Below the pieces are notes generated by a model. It made no database searches and was not told where the DNA came from. It was given only the letters and a program-made list of their open reading frames with translations. From Calcarisporiella thermophila CBS 279.70 (Eukaryota; Fungi; Calcarisporiellomycota), in the NCBI RefSeq assembly GCF_041956535.1, contig NW_027192199.1, forward strand, positions 613,741 through 677,740: 64,000 nucleotides of DNA, written 5' to 3'. Below are positions 21,409 through 39,158 of this stretch, piece after piece; positions within the stretch are counted from its first letter, which is position 1; every line of letters starts with the position of its first letter. The translations under genes and the position numbers were made by a program.

Positions 21409-22263
21409 ATGTCCGCAGTTCCCCCCGTCATGCTCCGCACCGCGAACGATACTGTTCCATTCGGTATGCCCTATTCCAACTCCATGTTCAGTGGATTTCC
21501 TTCCAATAATGCGATGAGTATGCCGTCGATGTACATGTCTAATTTCCCTGCAGGCGGCGCTGCGCGTCCTCTCCCCTCTCAAGCCAATCCGCAATCGTCG
21601 CTGACCACAGGGGGAGCATCTGGAAATTTCAACCAGCTCCTCCTGTTATTGCTCCAACAACAACAGCAACTTCAAATGCAGCTGCTCGAACAACGTCGTA
21701 ACGCCTCCGCGCAGAATTTTCCCGCTCAGGGCGCAATGGGCGCCAATATGACGCCGCAATCATACGTGCCGGCCAACACCACCATCATTATGCCGACACA
21801 GCCGCAACAGAGTACTCTGTATAACGGTTATCCCGGCTTCGGGGGGTTCGGGGGCTTTGGGGGAATGTACCCGTACTATAACGCACTGGGGGGGTACGGT
21901 TGGCCCTACCGGTATGATTATGGCGGATACGGCTCGCTCTACTACCCCTGGTACAACTCCTGGTACAACTCCTGGTACAGCCCATGGTACAACCCCTATT
22001 CCTACTGGAACTCATGGTACTCGCCCTACTACAGCTATTACAACCCGTACTATTCCTACTACAATCCGTATTCGTTCTATAATCCCTTCTACTATCCATA
22101 CTATGGCTACTATAACTACTACAGCCCATACAGCGTCTGGAACATGCTTTTTAATCCCTACTCATACGCATTCAGCCCTGGGTATTCCTTACTCTCGCTC
22201 TTGGATTACGGGCTGTCGGAATCCTTCCCATCTCTCTACGACGACTATGACTACTGGTGGTAA
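21409..22263 (+). CDS. 284-aa low-complexity protein with Met/Gln/Ser/Asn-rich N-half and Tyr/Trp/Asn/Pro-rich repetitive C-half
   Basis: Single ORF; TATATAAG at ~21118 and a probable 5' UTR intron (GTGAGT at 21320); repeats WYNS/YNPY/YSPY; TAC strongly preferred among Tyr codons. Confidence 0.8.
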   Translation: MSAVPPVMLRTANDTVPFGMPYSNSMFSGFPSNNAMSMPSMYMSNFPAGGAARPLPSQANPQSSLTTGGASGNFNQLLLLLLQQQQQLQMQLLEQRRNASAQNFPAQGAMGANMTPQSYVPANTTIIMPTQPQQSTLYNGYPGFGGFGGFGGMYPYYNALGGYGWPYRYDYGGYGSLYYPWYNSWYNSWYSPWYNPYSYWNSWYSPYYSYYNPYYSYYNPYSFYNPFYYPYYGYYNYYSPYSVWNMLFNPYSYAFSPGYSLLSLLDYGLSESFPSLYDDYDYWW

Positions 22264-22848
22264 TTTATTCTGTTCATCTACATATCCGCATATATATCCG
22301 CACATCCTCTTTGGTATGCTTTTGCTCCTATCTATATCCCATCCTTGTTTTTTATTGTCGCCATTTCTTATTCAATGGGTTCATGCTATTTGTTTTTTTT
22401 TTCTTGGTTATGTTTGTTTTATTCCACTAGGTGTACATACCGTTATCCACATGTTTATTCGCTTTTTACTCCCCTTTTGATGGTTAATTTTTGATGTCTT
22501 GGTGTTTAGATTTTCTATTCCTTTTCTGCATGAGAATCGTTTTTCCCTCTGGAACGATAAATCCAAATGTACTGTAGCGAGTATCCTCTTTTCTCTGGAA
22601 ATATATTGTATATCTTCTATCCCTTCCTCCAAACTGTGTCAAAATATTCGTTTCAACAAGCATTCAAAAAGAAAAAAAACGGTAGTATTAATCCATGGAA
22701 ACTGTACAACATCATGAAGGAAAAAAAAATATCTAGATCCAAGCAAAAAAAAAAAAATAAAACCTTAGAAGCCTTAGCAACCCATTAGAATAATAATCTC
22801 TTGCTCCCTCTCCCTTGCTTCCCTTCATACCTCCACCAAAAAGAAAGT

Positions 22849-25800
22849 TCATGTTTTCTTCTTAGCCACCGGTCCCACTCGCGTGGCCTTTTTAGAGGTG
22901 GTCTTGAATTCTCCTTTGTGTTTTCGCGGATCATTCCTACTCATTCTGGCTTTGTCGCGAGTCCCAGAGCCTCCTTCCCAGAATCCACGCGTTCCTGCGC
23001 GTGCAAACTCATTGCCACACGAGGCACAGGGCTTTTGAGAGTAGGGCTGCTCGCGCGAGCAGAAACCGCATATCATCCTGTTTGCAAACTGAAGAGATAG
23101 GGTTAGGGGTTGAGTGCGCTCCAGCATGTCAAGCCGAATTGGGGTGGAATTTACCTCATTCGTATGGTCTTCGGCCTCGTCATGGCAAATGTCGCACGGG
23201 TACACCTTGTTACAACAGCCTCCGAATCTTAGCCAACGATAGGATTTCTTATAGTGTTTGCACGTTCCTTTATTGGGGAGTGGCTGATTTTGCGAGATTG
23301 AAGGTAAAAAAAAACGTTATTGCGGCCGAACTCAAAACACAGATAGACTGCCTTTACCTGTCCCATCACTATGCCAAGTTCCTGCTTTGTCTTCTTTTTC
23401 GCCTTGAGCTTCAACAGTTGCTCCCCTTCCTCGCCAAGCATCAACCGTTCGGAGCCCTGGCGAACGAAGCGGATCTCGTCCACGGTCAGCGTCATCTTTT
23501 CGTGGCACTCTCGGCACGTTATGGTGGATGCTTGGCCACGCGATGGATTCTTGAATGGCGCAGAGTTGGAAGTTGTGTTGCAGTTAGAGCAGGTTGGGAC
23601 ATAGGTGGAGGGTAAGAGATCAAAAGGAGTACAGCCCGCCAGCTGTAAAAGCCCAAGCGAGATGGAGTTCTGGTGAATAAAATCTGCTCCCAAAAAAAAA
23701 ATTAACCAGACAGTGTTATTGACGGTGGTCTCTGGCGTCGAAGCGCCGATAAAAACTCTACCAGATAAATATTTCACTCCAATAAGACTGGTGCAAGTGG
23801 AACAAGTTGTCCATCTCCCGCTTTTCTCGCTCGCCTGTGCAGAGGGCGCTTTCCTGGATGCAACGTTGCCAACCGCTGGGGATGCCTTGTCCGGTGTGAT
23901 TCCGCTCACCTCGTTTGTGCTCTTACACCTCGCGCAGCGAACCACCAGATTGAGAAGGGTGCACTGCAACAATGCGATATTTTGCATCATGATGTTGGTC
24001 AGTCGCAGCTCCGTCCCTTTCTTTTGCTGTGGCTCTGCTCCATCTGTAGAGGGCCTTTGATCCGTGGCATTGCCCTCTTCTTCTTCGTCTTCACTGCCAA
24101 AATCATCACTCACTTCGTTGTTGGATTGGCTATCGTGCTCACTTTGGCTTGAGCTCGCGAACTCGTCTTCGTGTGTCTCCCTCTCCGGAGCATTATCCGA
24201 AGAGTAGAAATGGTAGCGAGAGGACTCGTCTGTGAGCTCCTGGCGTTCTAGTATCCTTCTTGTTTCTTCGTCAATTTTTTTGTTAGCTTTATTGCCCGTA
24301 ACGGTTTGCACAGAAGCATTGACAGGAGACGGCGTCGGGACCGCCTTTGGCTGAGCGGGAGTTTTAACTGGTGGAGGCAATACCATTAGAGACCCGAGGC
24401 TCCGATCCAGCCAGTTAAGGTGTTGAAAAATGGAAAAGGTGGGCTGCTCTTGCACCCGCTTCAAGAAGGCCTCCGAAATGTTTCTAAGAAACAAAAAAAA
24501 CCCCATCAAACCAATCCCATAAGCCATGCTCAGTTTAACATAAACAGAGAGATATTTTACTCTTTTTTCCACGAGGGCAGCTTCTCGTTTTGGATAGAGA
24601 TTGTGCACGGCACCAGCGGATATGTTTCCGGAACATGAATCTGAAGCAGGAGCGCTGCGCCCAAGTCATCTCGCTCTAATAGTTTTGAATCGGAGGGCGT
24701 AATCTGCAGACTCACCGTTGAGCCGGACACTTTACACGTTTGTCTGAAGCGAGTCTGAAGTTGACGCACCTCTTGTTCGCGACGTGATCGTGCAGAAGCA
24801 AGCTCCTCAGGAGTATACGCAGTTTGTGGCGAGGCAACAGAGGGAGATGTCCCTGCCGATGATGTAGTATTTAAAGGTTGAGGATGGTTACTTTTATCAG
24901 CGTGATTTGTTGGTGGGGGAGGTGAGATCGACGAACTAGGCGTTGTGGTTGTTGGGGGAGTAGGGGATGGAATCGGAGAATGCTTGACGAATCGAATGGT
25001 AGAGGAAGGTGGCTGTCGCAATAGCGACTCAAGGTTATGGTCGAGCCAATTCAGATTCTGTAGCAAGGAGAAGTGAATGCCCTTTTGCCTGTCTTTTCTC
25101 ACGTGCTCTTCAAATCCACGCTCCACATTCCTAAATTTTAGAGATTTGACAAGTCATCAGCGAACCAGAACAACAAGAAAATGTCAATGAAGGGTACCTA
25201 GCAAATCCCTTTGGAATATCTTCGTTCAGCACTTCTACTGAGCAGGCAGTTGTCGGGTAATCTGCAGGCAAGGAGATCCTAAGCTGAATACTTTCTAGTT
25301 CATAGGGGAACTCAGGGTCGGACGGAGGGAGATCCAATTCGATTACAGCCCCTTGATCATCCGATCTAAGGTAAGAATAGAAAGATAGTTAGCAATGCGC
25401 TCCTCTCTGTGGATCTTTGCCACGATACTCACTTGACGGTTTTATACGAGGAACGAAAACGTAGCTCAACCTGCTCCAGCTCTACTTGTCGGGACACCTT
25501 GGTCTGTTTGTCCTTGTCTTGTGCATTTTTACTTGCCTTTATGGACCATGTTTAGTTCAAAAAAACAAAAACAAAGGCATCTTCAGGAAGAGCGGTTTAC
25601 CTCTTGAATTTTTCGGGCTTGTGGCCTAGCAATCGGTAATCTTTGTTGCTTGTGGCCATTTCTCCGTTCGGATTTCTTAACTTGCTCGGAAGAGGCACCA
25701 GAAGAAGGCGTCGCTTGCCGCTCTCCTCTGAGGTCGCGTGGAGATTCGGGATCTTGTCTGGGGGTTGATTTGGATTGCTGCTGTTCTGAATTTGTAGTAG

Positions 25801-26331
25801 TCGAGTTAGGTACTAGGGCCTCGCCTTCAAGAAACCAAGAGTAAAGCAATTAGTTTAGAGAAGAGCACGGGGCAATCACATTATCTCGGGTAAGCCATTG
25901 ATCTTACTTGCACAAGCGCTTTGATCAATTTGGCGAATCTGATTTGCAACCTCCAACGTGCGAATTCCCCCCTCCAACTCCCTGATCTCCTCTCGATCGA
26001 ATCCTTCTATGCTCTCCGCGCCCAGCTCCATCTCGAAATCGTCGAGCATAACATAATCCCCCTCCACTAAGTCCTCGACATAATCGCCCTCTCCTTCTGA
26101 AGAGCTAATATCGTTCGCAAGACTCTCTTCCGGCGCAGGGACCGGGGACGGTCGACCCGAAGCGCGAAGAATGTGACGGAATTGGCAGCTTTCACCGGCG
26201 CGGCATCCCCCAGGGCGATTGTAAAATCGGCAGATCGGCGGGAATCGACGCGGTCGCCGCACGTAAGGATGCATTTGGGTGAATGGAGGATCCGCGGTGG
26301 GATTGTCGATTAGGGGTGGTGTCTGTGCCAT
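22849..26331 (-). CDS. CCCH zinc finger + RWD-like repeats + C-terminal CHY zinc finger protein; multi-exon
   Basis: ICRFYNRPGGCRAGESCQFRH; PPSDPEFPYELESIQLRISLPADYP; VPETYPLVPCTI; TCKHYKKSYRWLRFGGCCNKVYPCDICHDE...NRMICGFCSREQ...GFWEGGSGTRD. Confidence 0.85.
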
Positions 26332-26870
26332 GAGAAAATGGATTGCTGCAACTGCAAGAGAGGAACCAATGGATTGGGTACTGTTTAAGGGAACACCATT
26401 CGGTCAGTTGCGGCGGCGCGGTTTAAATATGTATCTAGCTTTTTCGGGTCTTTGAGTAAGCCTGTAGCGCACAAGTAAAAATTACCACTTAAGACAATTT
26501 TTGGCCGTGACTACCGGAGTGACTGCTTATAAATCTACGATATTTATTTGACAAATGCAAGTGCCACTAAAAGAAGGAAAAAAAAAGATATCAGTTTTAA
26601 GAGACAGAAAAACGGAAAACATAATTTTATAATAAATTCCACACACAAAACATACAAATTTAGAAATTCACAAAAAAGGCCATAAAGCGGTTGTAGAAAA
26701 AAAAATTGGTAATGGTCCTGACAAAATGCTCTTTTGCGCACAAAAGAAAAAATATTACAATTGCCGAGAGAGAAGAAGAGAGAGAGGGAGGGAAAGAGAA
26801 AAGAAAGAAAGACAGAAAGAAAAAATAAAGCAGAGCAAATCATCATCACGCCACTGTATCTATCATGGAG

Positions 26871-32946
<6,076 letters not shown>

Positions 32947-33758
32947 TAGGGGGGGCTATAGTTATAATTGTTTATATTTTTTAGGAAAAAAAAAATAATC
33001 ACGGCCTGGCAATAACCATCCACACAAAAAAAAGAGAATTAATGGCAGTATGAATATCTAAGATGTTTTTATATCGTTTTTGTAAATGGGAAGGAAGGAT
33101 GGAAGATGACGGAAAAAAAAGAACCTAGCCTTCGCCTTCTACTTTTTTGTGTGCTGTGAGTGTGAGTGGGTATTGCCCCGTGGCTCTATGCGCAGTCACC
33201 AGTATGTGCGCGCGACTTCCGCCCCTGTCGTCGGTCTTTTTTTTTGTACCAAAAAAACCTCAAGGCCTAAGGCCGACCCCCCATTGTATTGAAAGATTTG
33301 TAAATTCACCGTTTGTGTACTATCAGCCGGATCACTTGCACACACGACTCATTGTCGCATGGACATCTCCCCCATTCATTTGTAATTGCCATTGTAGGAA
33401 TTGTCTTTGATAAGCTCTAGGTTCATATTCGTCATGTCCATGGGGAGCTGACTCAACCGATTTCGATGAATTTAACAAACAAAACTCTTTTATTCACTCA
33501 ACATCTCCCACCATACAACTACAAGGAAGCAGCATTAATCATACTCCCGTCGGGTGCAAATCAGAAATCACCGGCCTGTACCTAGGATCAAACATCGCCT
33601 ATTTCTAAATACATTTTGTCAAACCAATACTGCGCCGTGGAAGAGTTTCAATTTGCTGTTTTCAGAAAAATTTTTGGATTGACATTGAAAAGTAGTATGA
33701 TATAATCGACTGTACAAATATAAATAACAAGCCCCCCACAGGAATCCCGCGGCCGCCT

Positions 33759-34632
33759 TTATATGCCATAGATATCTTTGCCCGTTGGAGGTTGGTACCT
33801 ACGATGGAGCCATCCCCAAATAAGATCGGCTGAAGACAATAGAGCTGTGGCATGCACAGCTCGTTGAACACTAGTGTCTCACTTACCCAGAAGTCTCCTC
33901 CAGTTCAGGGATCGCCGTGGTCGACAGATAGATGGTGATCACCGGAAGATGTCGCGTCACCTTCACCCTGCATATCCATTAAGTTAGCATACTCCCGCTC
34001 TCCCCAATACCTCCATGCTTTGGACCTTACTTGTCCAGGTTCTGCTCCAAGGGCTCCCACACGTCTGTTGCATTCACGCTCCCAATCTGGGTGTATTGAT
34101 GCAATGTGCCTTCCATTCTCCGCTTGATGATCTCGGTCACCGTTACTGTCTTGTTGATGGCTTTTCCTTTTCCAGAGAGAATGAGATGCGTATGCTTCTT
34201 CTCCTTTTAGGGACGCGCAAATAAAACAAAAAACACCATGAGCCAACCACGACTATATCCTCTATACTGAATATTGATGTTCCACCCTACCTGAAGGAGA
34301 TCTAGCCCATACGAAATGTAATTTCTAACCTTGCCTTGTGTCGTTATGTGGATTTCATTCGCTGGCTTTGGCTGTTTTCTCTGAGTTGAGGCAGAGGAGG
34401 AAGCATGTGTGGTTGGGTTGAGTCCCACATCGATGTGCTCCTCTTCCTGTGCCGTATGCTGAGGGACCTGCCGGTAAGCTTCCACTAGTGGTATGAAAAA
34501 GATAATTTCATTGCAAAAATTAATACGACTCGAGCAGAGTGGGAGTTTACAAGTAATGCAATCTCTCTATTTTATTCGAGCAAAATATATACAAAGAACG
34601 AACCCGGTAATAGGTATCAAGCTGCACTTACT
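33759..34632 (-). CDS. Alba-domain protein (Rpp25-like RNase P/MRP subunit); start codon apparently split by an intron
   Basis: MEAYRQV...NEIHITTQGKVRNYISYGL...LSGKGKAINKTVTVTEIIKRR...LHQYTQI..DVWEPLE..LPVITIYLS..GYQPP; stop at 33759-33761. Confidence 0.88.
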
Positions 34633-34868
34633 TAATGAAGATAAGGGAAATGTATAAGGGGGTCGGGCGCTCTGTTCTAAATGGCTTCTCGATCAACCAT
34701 GTATCTCCAAGCCGAAGCATCCACAGCTGAGAACTCGAATTTCCATAAAACACGCTGCGCCACCTTACTGATCCCACCTCATTAAACGCGAAAAAAAAAA
34801 AAGCTACAGTTGGCCACCTTGACTTGTCGAAATCCTTGGATCCCATTCAAACCATTCGGTGATCAACT

Positions 34869-37491
34869 ATGAATGAACGTTTTAAAACGGCACTCGAAAA
34901 GATGGAGCACTTACTCCTGTGCCCCGTTTGGTAATTTTCAAGCCTCAAACAAAAATAAAAGCTAGGCTAATTTCATGTCCCTATACTATTGCCCTAAAAT
35001 CTGTCGCGTCTCATAGCGGACATATTCTTAAGGAGACATATACAGTCACAGAGTGTGGCCATGTGTTCTGCAAGTAAATAGTTTTACTATCGGTTTCCTT
35101 TTTATATTATTATCGATGATCACTATGAATTATCGTGTAGAGCCTGTATTACAGATTCAATAGTCGATTCCGCCTCCTGTCCGAGTTGTCACTTACCCAT
35201 GATCCCGAAAAATCTCCGCCGAAATCCTCAACATGATACACTTGTCGAATGTGTAAATGGGCTAAAGTACTTAATCCATACGAACAGAACAGCTCCCGAG
35301 AAGCATGAAGAGGCGGGGGGGGAGGAAGAGGGAGAGGAGAGGGAACCCAGAGACGATAGAGAGACCTCTGCCCTGGCAGGACAGCTCTCAAGGCAAGCAA
35401 GTTTAATGGAGTATATAGATTTGGATGGAGGTCTCGTGGAGGGGCAGGATGGAATAGTGGTGGGCTCGGAGGTGGAAAAGGTCCGGGCTACGCCCTTGGA
35501 AGAAGAGGAAATAGTGAGGGCGAGCGACAGGACGGAAGCATGCAGTTTGGAACCTAAAGAGCTTGAAGGAAACCTACCGAGCGGGGTGCTCTCATATTAT
35601 CTCGGCGGACACTCTTTGTCTAAGTTCAAGGGAAGACTAAGTGATGTGGATATGGACGAGAGCATTTTGGAGACACAGTTCGATAGGGTGGGAGAAGGGG
35701 AGGCCACGGTGGAATTGATTAAGCAAGAGAGTGAGGCGGAGAGCCTTGGTGCGAACCATTCTGTGCCCATCTTATATCCGGAGTCGAGAGCAGGATCGGC
35801 CCTGACGGCCGACTCGATTTTGTCCAGACCCCATACGGTCATTAAGGAGGAGGCTGAGGAATTATGTATCCGCGAAACGCCCCCGTTGGTGATGGCAAAT
35901 TATCCGGTCACGCCGGTGCGCTATGAACGGGAAATGATACCCGACGAAGACAAGGTACTCTTGCATCGTTAGCGGCGAAAGACTTCCGCCCACGAATGGG
36001 TCTCTAAAAACACTTTTTGCGCTTAGGCAATAAGCCATCCGCTTGGAGAGCCGGGAGAGGAGACGTCCTATTTGACCAACCACAAGGCAGCCAAGCAGCT
36101 GGTAAGCCGGAAATCCTACGCGAAAGGGTTGGCCGACCTGCTCTACATTGCTTTTATTGTTTTTCCAGCTGGATTCACCCGAGGACAGAGAGCATACCCA
36201 AAAGAGACGGGCAATAGAGCATCCTGCACGCATTCTTCAAAATTCCGCTAAAGATACTCCCTTCGTGAAGCCTCCACGGCTGCATTCCGGATCCAAGCAG
36301 TCCAAAGTAAGCATCATTCAACTCTTTGTAGTCCATTCACTTCCCTGTAACACCATTTCGTCCCCCCCCCCCCTTCACTGTTTAGTCACCACCCCGCAAA
36401 GACCCTCCCCGCTCGGCCACCCTCTACACGGACGCCTTCCCCTCCCTGGCTACGGCCACCGAGCTCACCAATCTCCGAGCCCCACCCCTTAAGCACTCGA
36501 AGACCGCGACGGAAAGGAAGTCAGCGCGAACGTGGGACGCGAGTACATCGGACCATGAAGAGAAGCTTCATAAGGAGGTGGAGGTTATCGAAGGCAGCGA
36601 GGGGGAGGGCGAGGAGGTGGGCGAGGAGGAAGAAGAGGAAGAGCAGGGGCTATTACGGAGAAAGGACAAGGAGTCGGTGGTGCTTATGGTAACCGGATTG
36701 AAGGAAGGAGACAAGGTAAGCGTTCTGGCTCGGGGTGCCCCCCGAGGCAACCATCGGGAATGAGAGGCTAAGCATATCCCGTCTCTATGCAGCAACAGTT
36801 TACCGAGGCCCTCAGCCGGATCCACTTTACCACCTTGACGGTGCGCGTCATTGAGACCCCCGTCGGCGACCACACCTTCAACATGGATCACGTGACCCAC
36901 GTCGTCACATCCGTGACCCCGGAGGGGCTATGCCCGCGCACCATCAAGTACTTGTATGCCCTCATGGCCGGCAAGTGGGTGGTCAGCCAGCGATGGGTGG
37001 TGGACAGCGTCCGCGCGGGGCGATGGCTGGACGAAGGCCCCTATGAGGTGCGAGGGGATTTGGCGTGCGGGGAAGTCGCGGGGCCCAGGTTGGGGCGCAA
37101 GTCGGCAGACCACGACGAGACGAGTCCAGAGGAGCCGGAGGCAGGGGTGAAGCGCGAGACGCTGCGCAAAAGGGAGAGCGGGGGGCGGAAGCTCTTCCAC
37201 GGGTGCAAGTTCTTTTTCCTGGGCGAGTTTCCAGACCCGCTGCCCGGCAAGCTGGCCCTCCAGCGGCTAGCCGTGTTCGGCGGCGCCACGGTGCTGCGGC
37301 GCAGGCCGGCACCGACTTCTCCCCATGAGCTGCGGAGCAGCAACGCGGAAAATGAGCCCGTGGACTCGTCGCGGCCCATCGTGCTCTTCGACCCCAAGTG
37401 CTCAAGCGTCAAGGGCCTCTCGAGCGGCGGCCTGCAGGCCAAGCCCATCTCCTGGCTGTTGAATTGCATTTCACGCCAAACGCTCCTTTAA
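34869..37491 (+). CDS. BRCA1/BARD1-like protein: N-terminal RING and C-terminal tandem BRCT
   Basis: ALEKMEHLLLCPVC..TECGHVFCKACI..SCPSC..NPQHDTLVE; BRCT1 VTGL...VTHVVT..LCPRTIKYLYALMAGKWVVSQRWV; BRCT2 KLFHGCKFFFLGEF..LAVFGGA..SWLLNCIS. Confidence 0.88.
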
Positions 37492-37874
37492 GCATCAGTC
37501 TCTCTCTCTCTCTCCCCTTGTGCATAGTCTCATCTCCCATTCCCCTCACCCTTAACATCACTCCCATTGCTACATAGCTGTTCCACCACCACCATGTGTT
37601 TGTTTGTCTATCTGCTTTACTTTGTTTACACTGTTGTTTGTTTGATAGTCTGTTTGTAATTATGGTTGTCAACCATAGGGATATCATTCCTCCGGGTCCA
37701 TGTGGACGCGGGGGCGTCATCACTTGCTTCCATTCTATTTATTCGTGGTTGAAGATAAGAATGAACACCCATGTCTGCATTGACAATAGAAAATGAGAAA
37801 AAACACCCAGGGCCATGCACCGAGAAGCCCCCGTGCACGCCTTCGCCACCATTCCCATCCACGCCACCATATAG

Positions 37875-38794
37875 TCAATTCACGATAAGCGACATCTTGC
37901 GGTCCTTGGCGAAGATCTTGGCAAACGGGTTCTTCACCAAGCCCGCCAGAGCGCTGGCCCCCGAAGGCTGCTCATGCGCCTGGACTGCCTTGCCTCCCTC
38001 GATACCCCCGGCCACGGGAGCCTTTAGCCCACGCGTGATACGGCGGTACCCGTCGAGAAATTCGATCTGGCGTTTGTTGAATGCGCCGCGCCTTGCACTT
38101 CGGATATACTCCACAGACTCGAGCGGCTCCATCCCGTACTCTATCAGCGCAATGGCCACCATCACACATGCGCGGCCCAGGCCGGCAACGCAGTGCACGC
38201 AGATGGTGGGGGGAGGCGAGTGCTGGGGCTCGATAAGGGCGAGCCACTTTCGGAGCACCGAAAAGGGAGGCTAATGCCAGATACACAGGGGGTTATTGGT
38301 CAGGCTCGGGAGCCTTCAAAACAGATTAGGTAATTACCGCCCCGCCATCCTTAAAAGGCATATCCACCATGCGAATGCCGGCCTTTTCCACCAGCTCAGT
38401 GCTGTAGGTAGGCTCGCAGACCCTCTAAGAACAATGCAGAAGCCAGGGTATACGTCAATAGGGCTGCATCTACGTGTGAATACAAGCGGGGAACACGACA
38501 AAAAAAAAAGAGGGCCATCATGGCGCAGAAGATAAGGGAGATAAGGGGAAAGCCCATATGGGCAAAAAATAGGGGGGAGAGAAAGGGGAGAGGACGAGAG
38601 AGAGAGAAGAGAAAGAGAGTGCTTACCACCAAATGCGTCACTCCGCATTTTTGAAATTCCTGAACGTAAAAGTTCAAAGTCGAGTTCGTTGGGCAATCCG
38701 AAATCACGAATCGAATGGGCGAGATGTTCGGCTCAAGCAGCGTAATCATACGCCCAAGCGTCAAGAGACGGGAATTGTTCTTTGAACCGATCAT
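37875..38794 (-). CDS. PRL/PTP4A-family protein tyrosine phosphatase; 3 exons
   Basis: IRFVISDCPTNSTL..VTHLVRVCEPTY..PFKDGGAPP..VHCVAGLGRA..RRGAFNKRQ; HCVAGLGRA is the PRL P-loop. Confidence 0.93.
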
Positions 38795-39032
38795 GGCCCC
38801 AAGATAACGAGATAACGACGTGAGTCGAGAGGAGAGAAAAGAGAGATGGAGAAGAGGGTAAAAATACTAAATAGATAAATAACGGCTGAACTGCAAAGCT
38901 GCGCGGGGGGATGTAAAGCTTATCAAGAGAGAGAAAGAGAGAGAGAGCCGGAGAGGAAGAGTAATGAGGATTAATTAGAAGCTAAGACCGAGAGGAGAGG
39001 GGAGAGAGGAGAGGGAGGATGGATTAATGGGA

Positions 39033-39158
39033 TTAATCTCCGTCTAGCTCTGCCTCAAGATATTGTCCAGAGCAGAAAGCAATGAAGAACACGGTGGCCC
39101 AGACACCAGAGAGCGGAGTGGGGAACGAGATGCGGGGAAAGTCAAAAACAACTCCCAT
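39033..39158 (-). promoter_or_regulatory. 41-codon upstream ORF in the presumed PRL 5' leader
   Basis: MGVVFDFPRISFPTPLSGVWATVFFIAFCSGQYLEAELDGD*; the only ATG on the minus strand between 38795 and 39510. Confidence 0.55.

Noticed and set aside
23099-23115. AGGGTTAGGGGTTGAG telomere-like sequence
   Set aside because: Fewer than two perfect repeats; it is the reverse complement of the branch/acceptor region of an intron.
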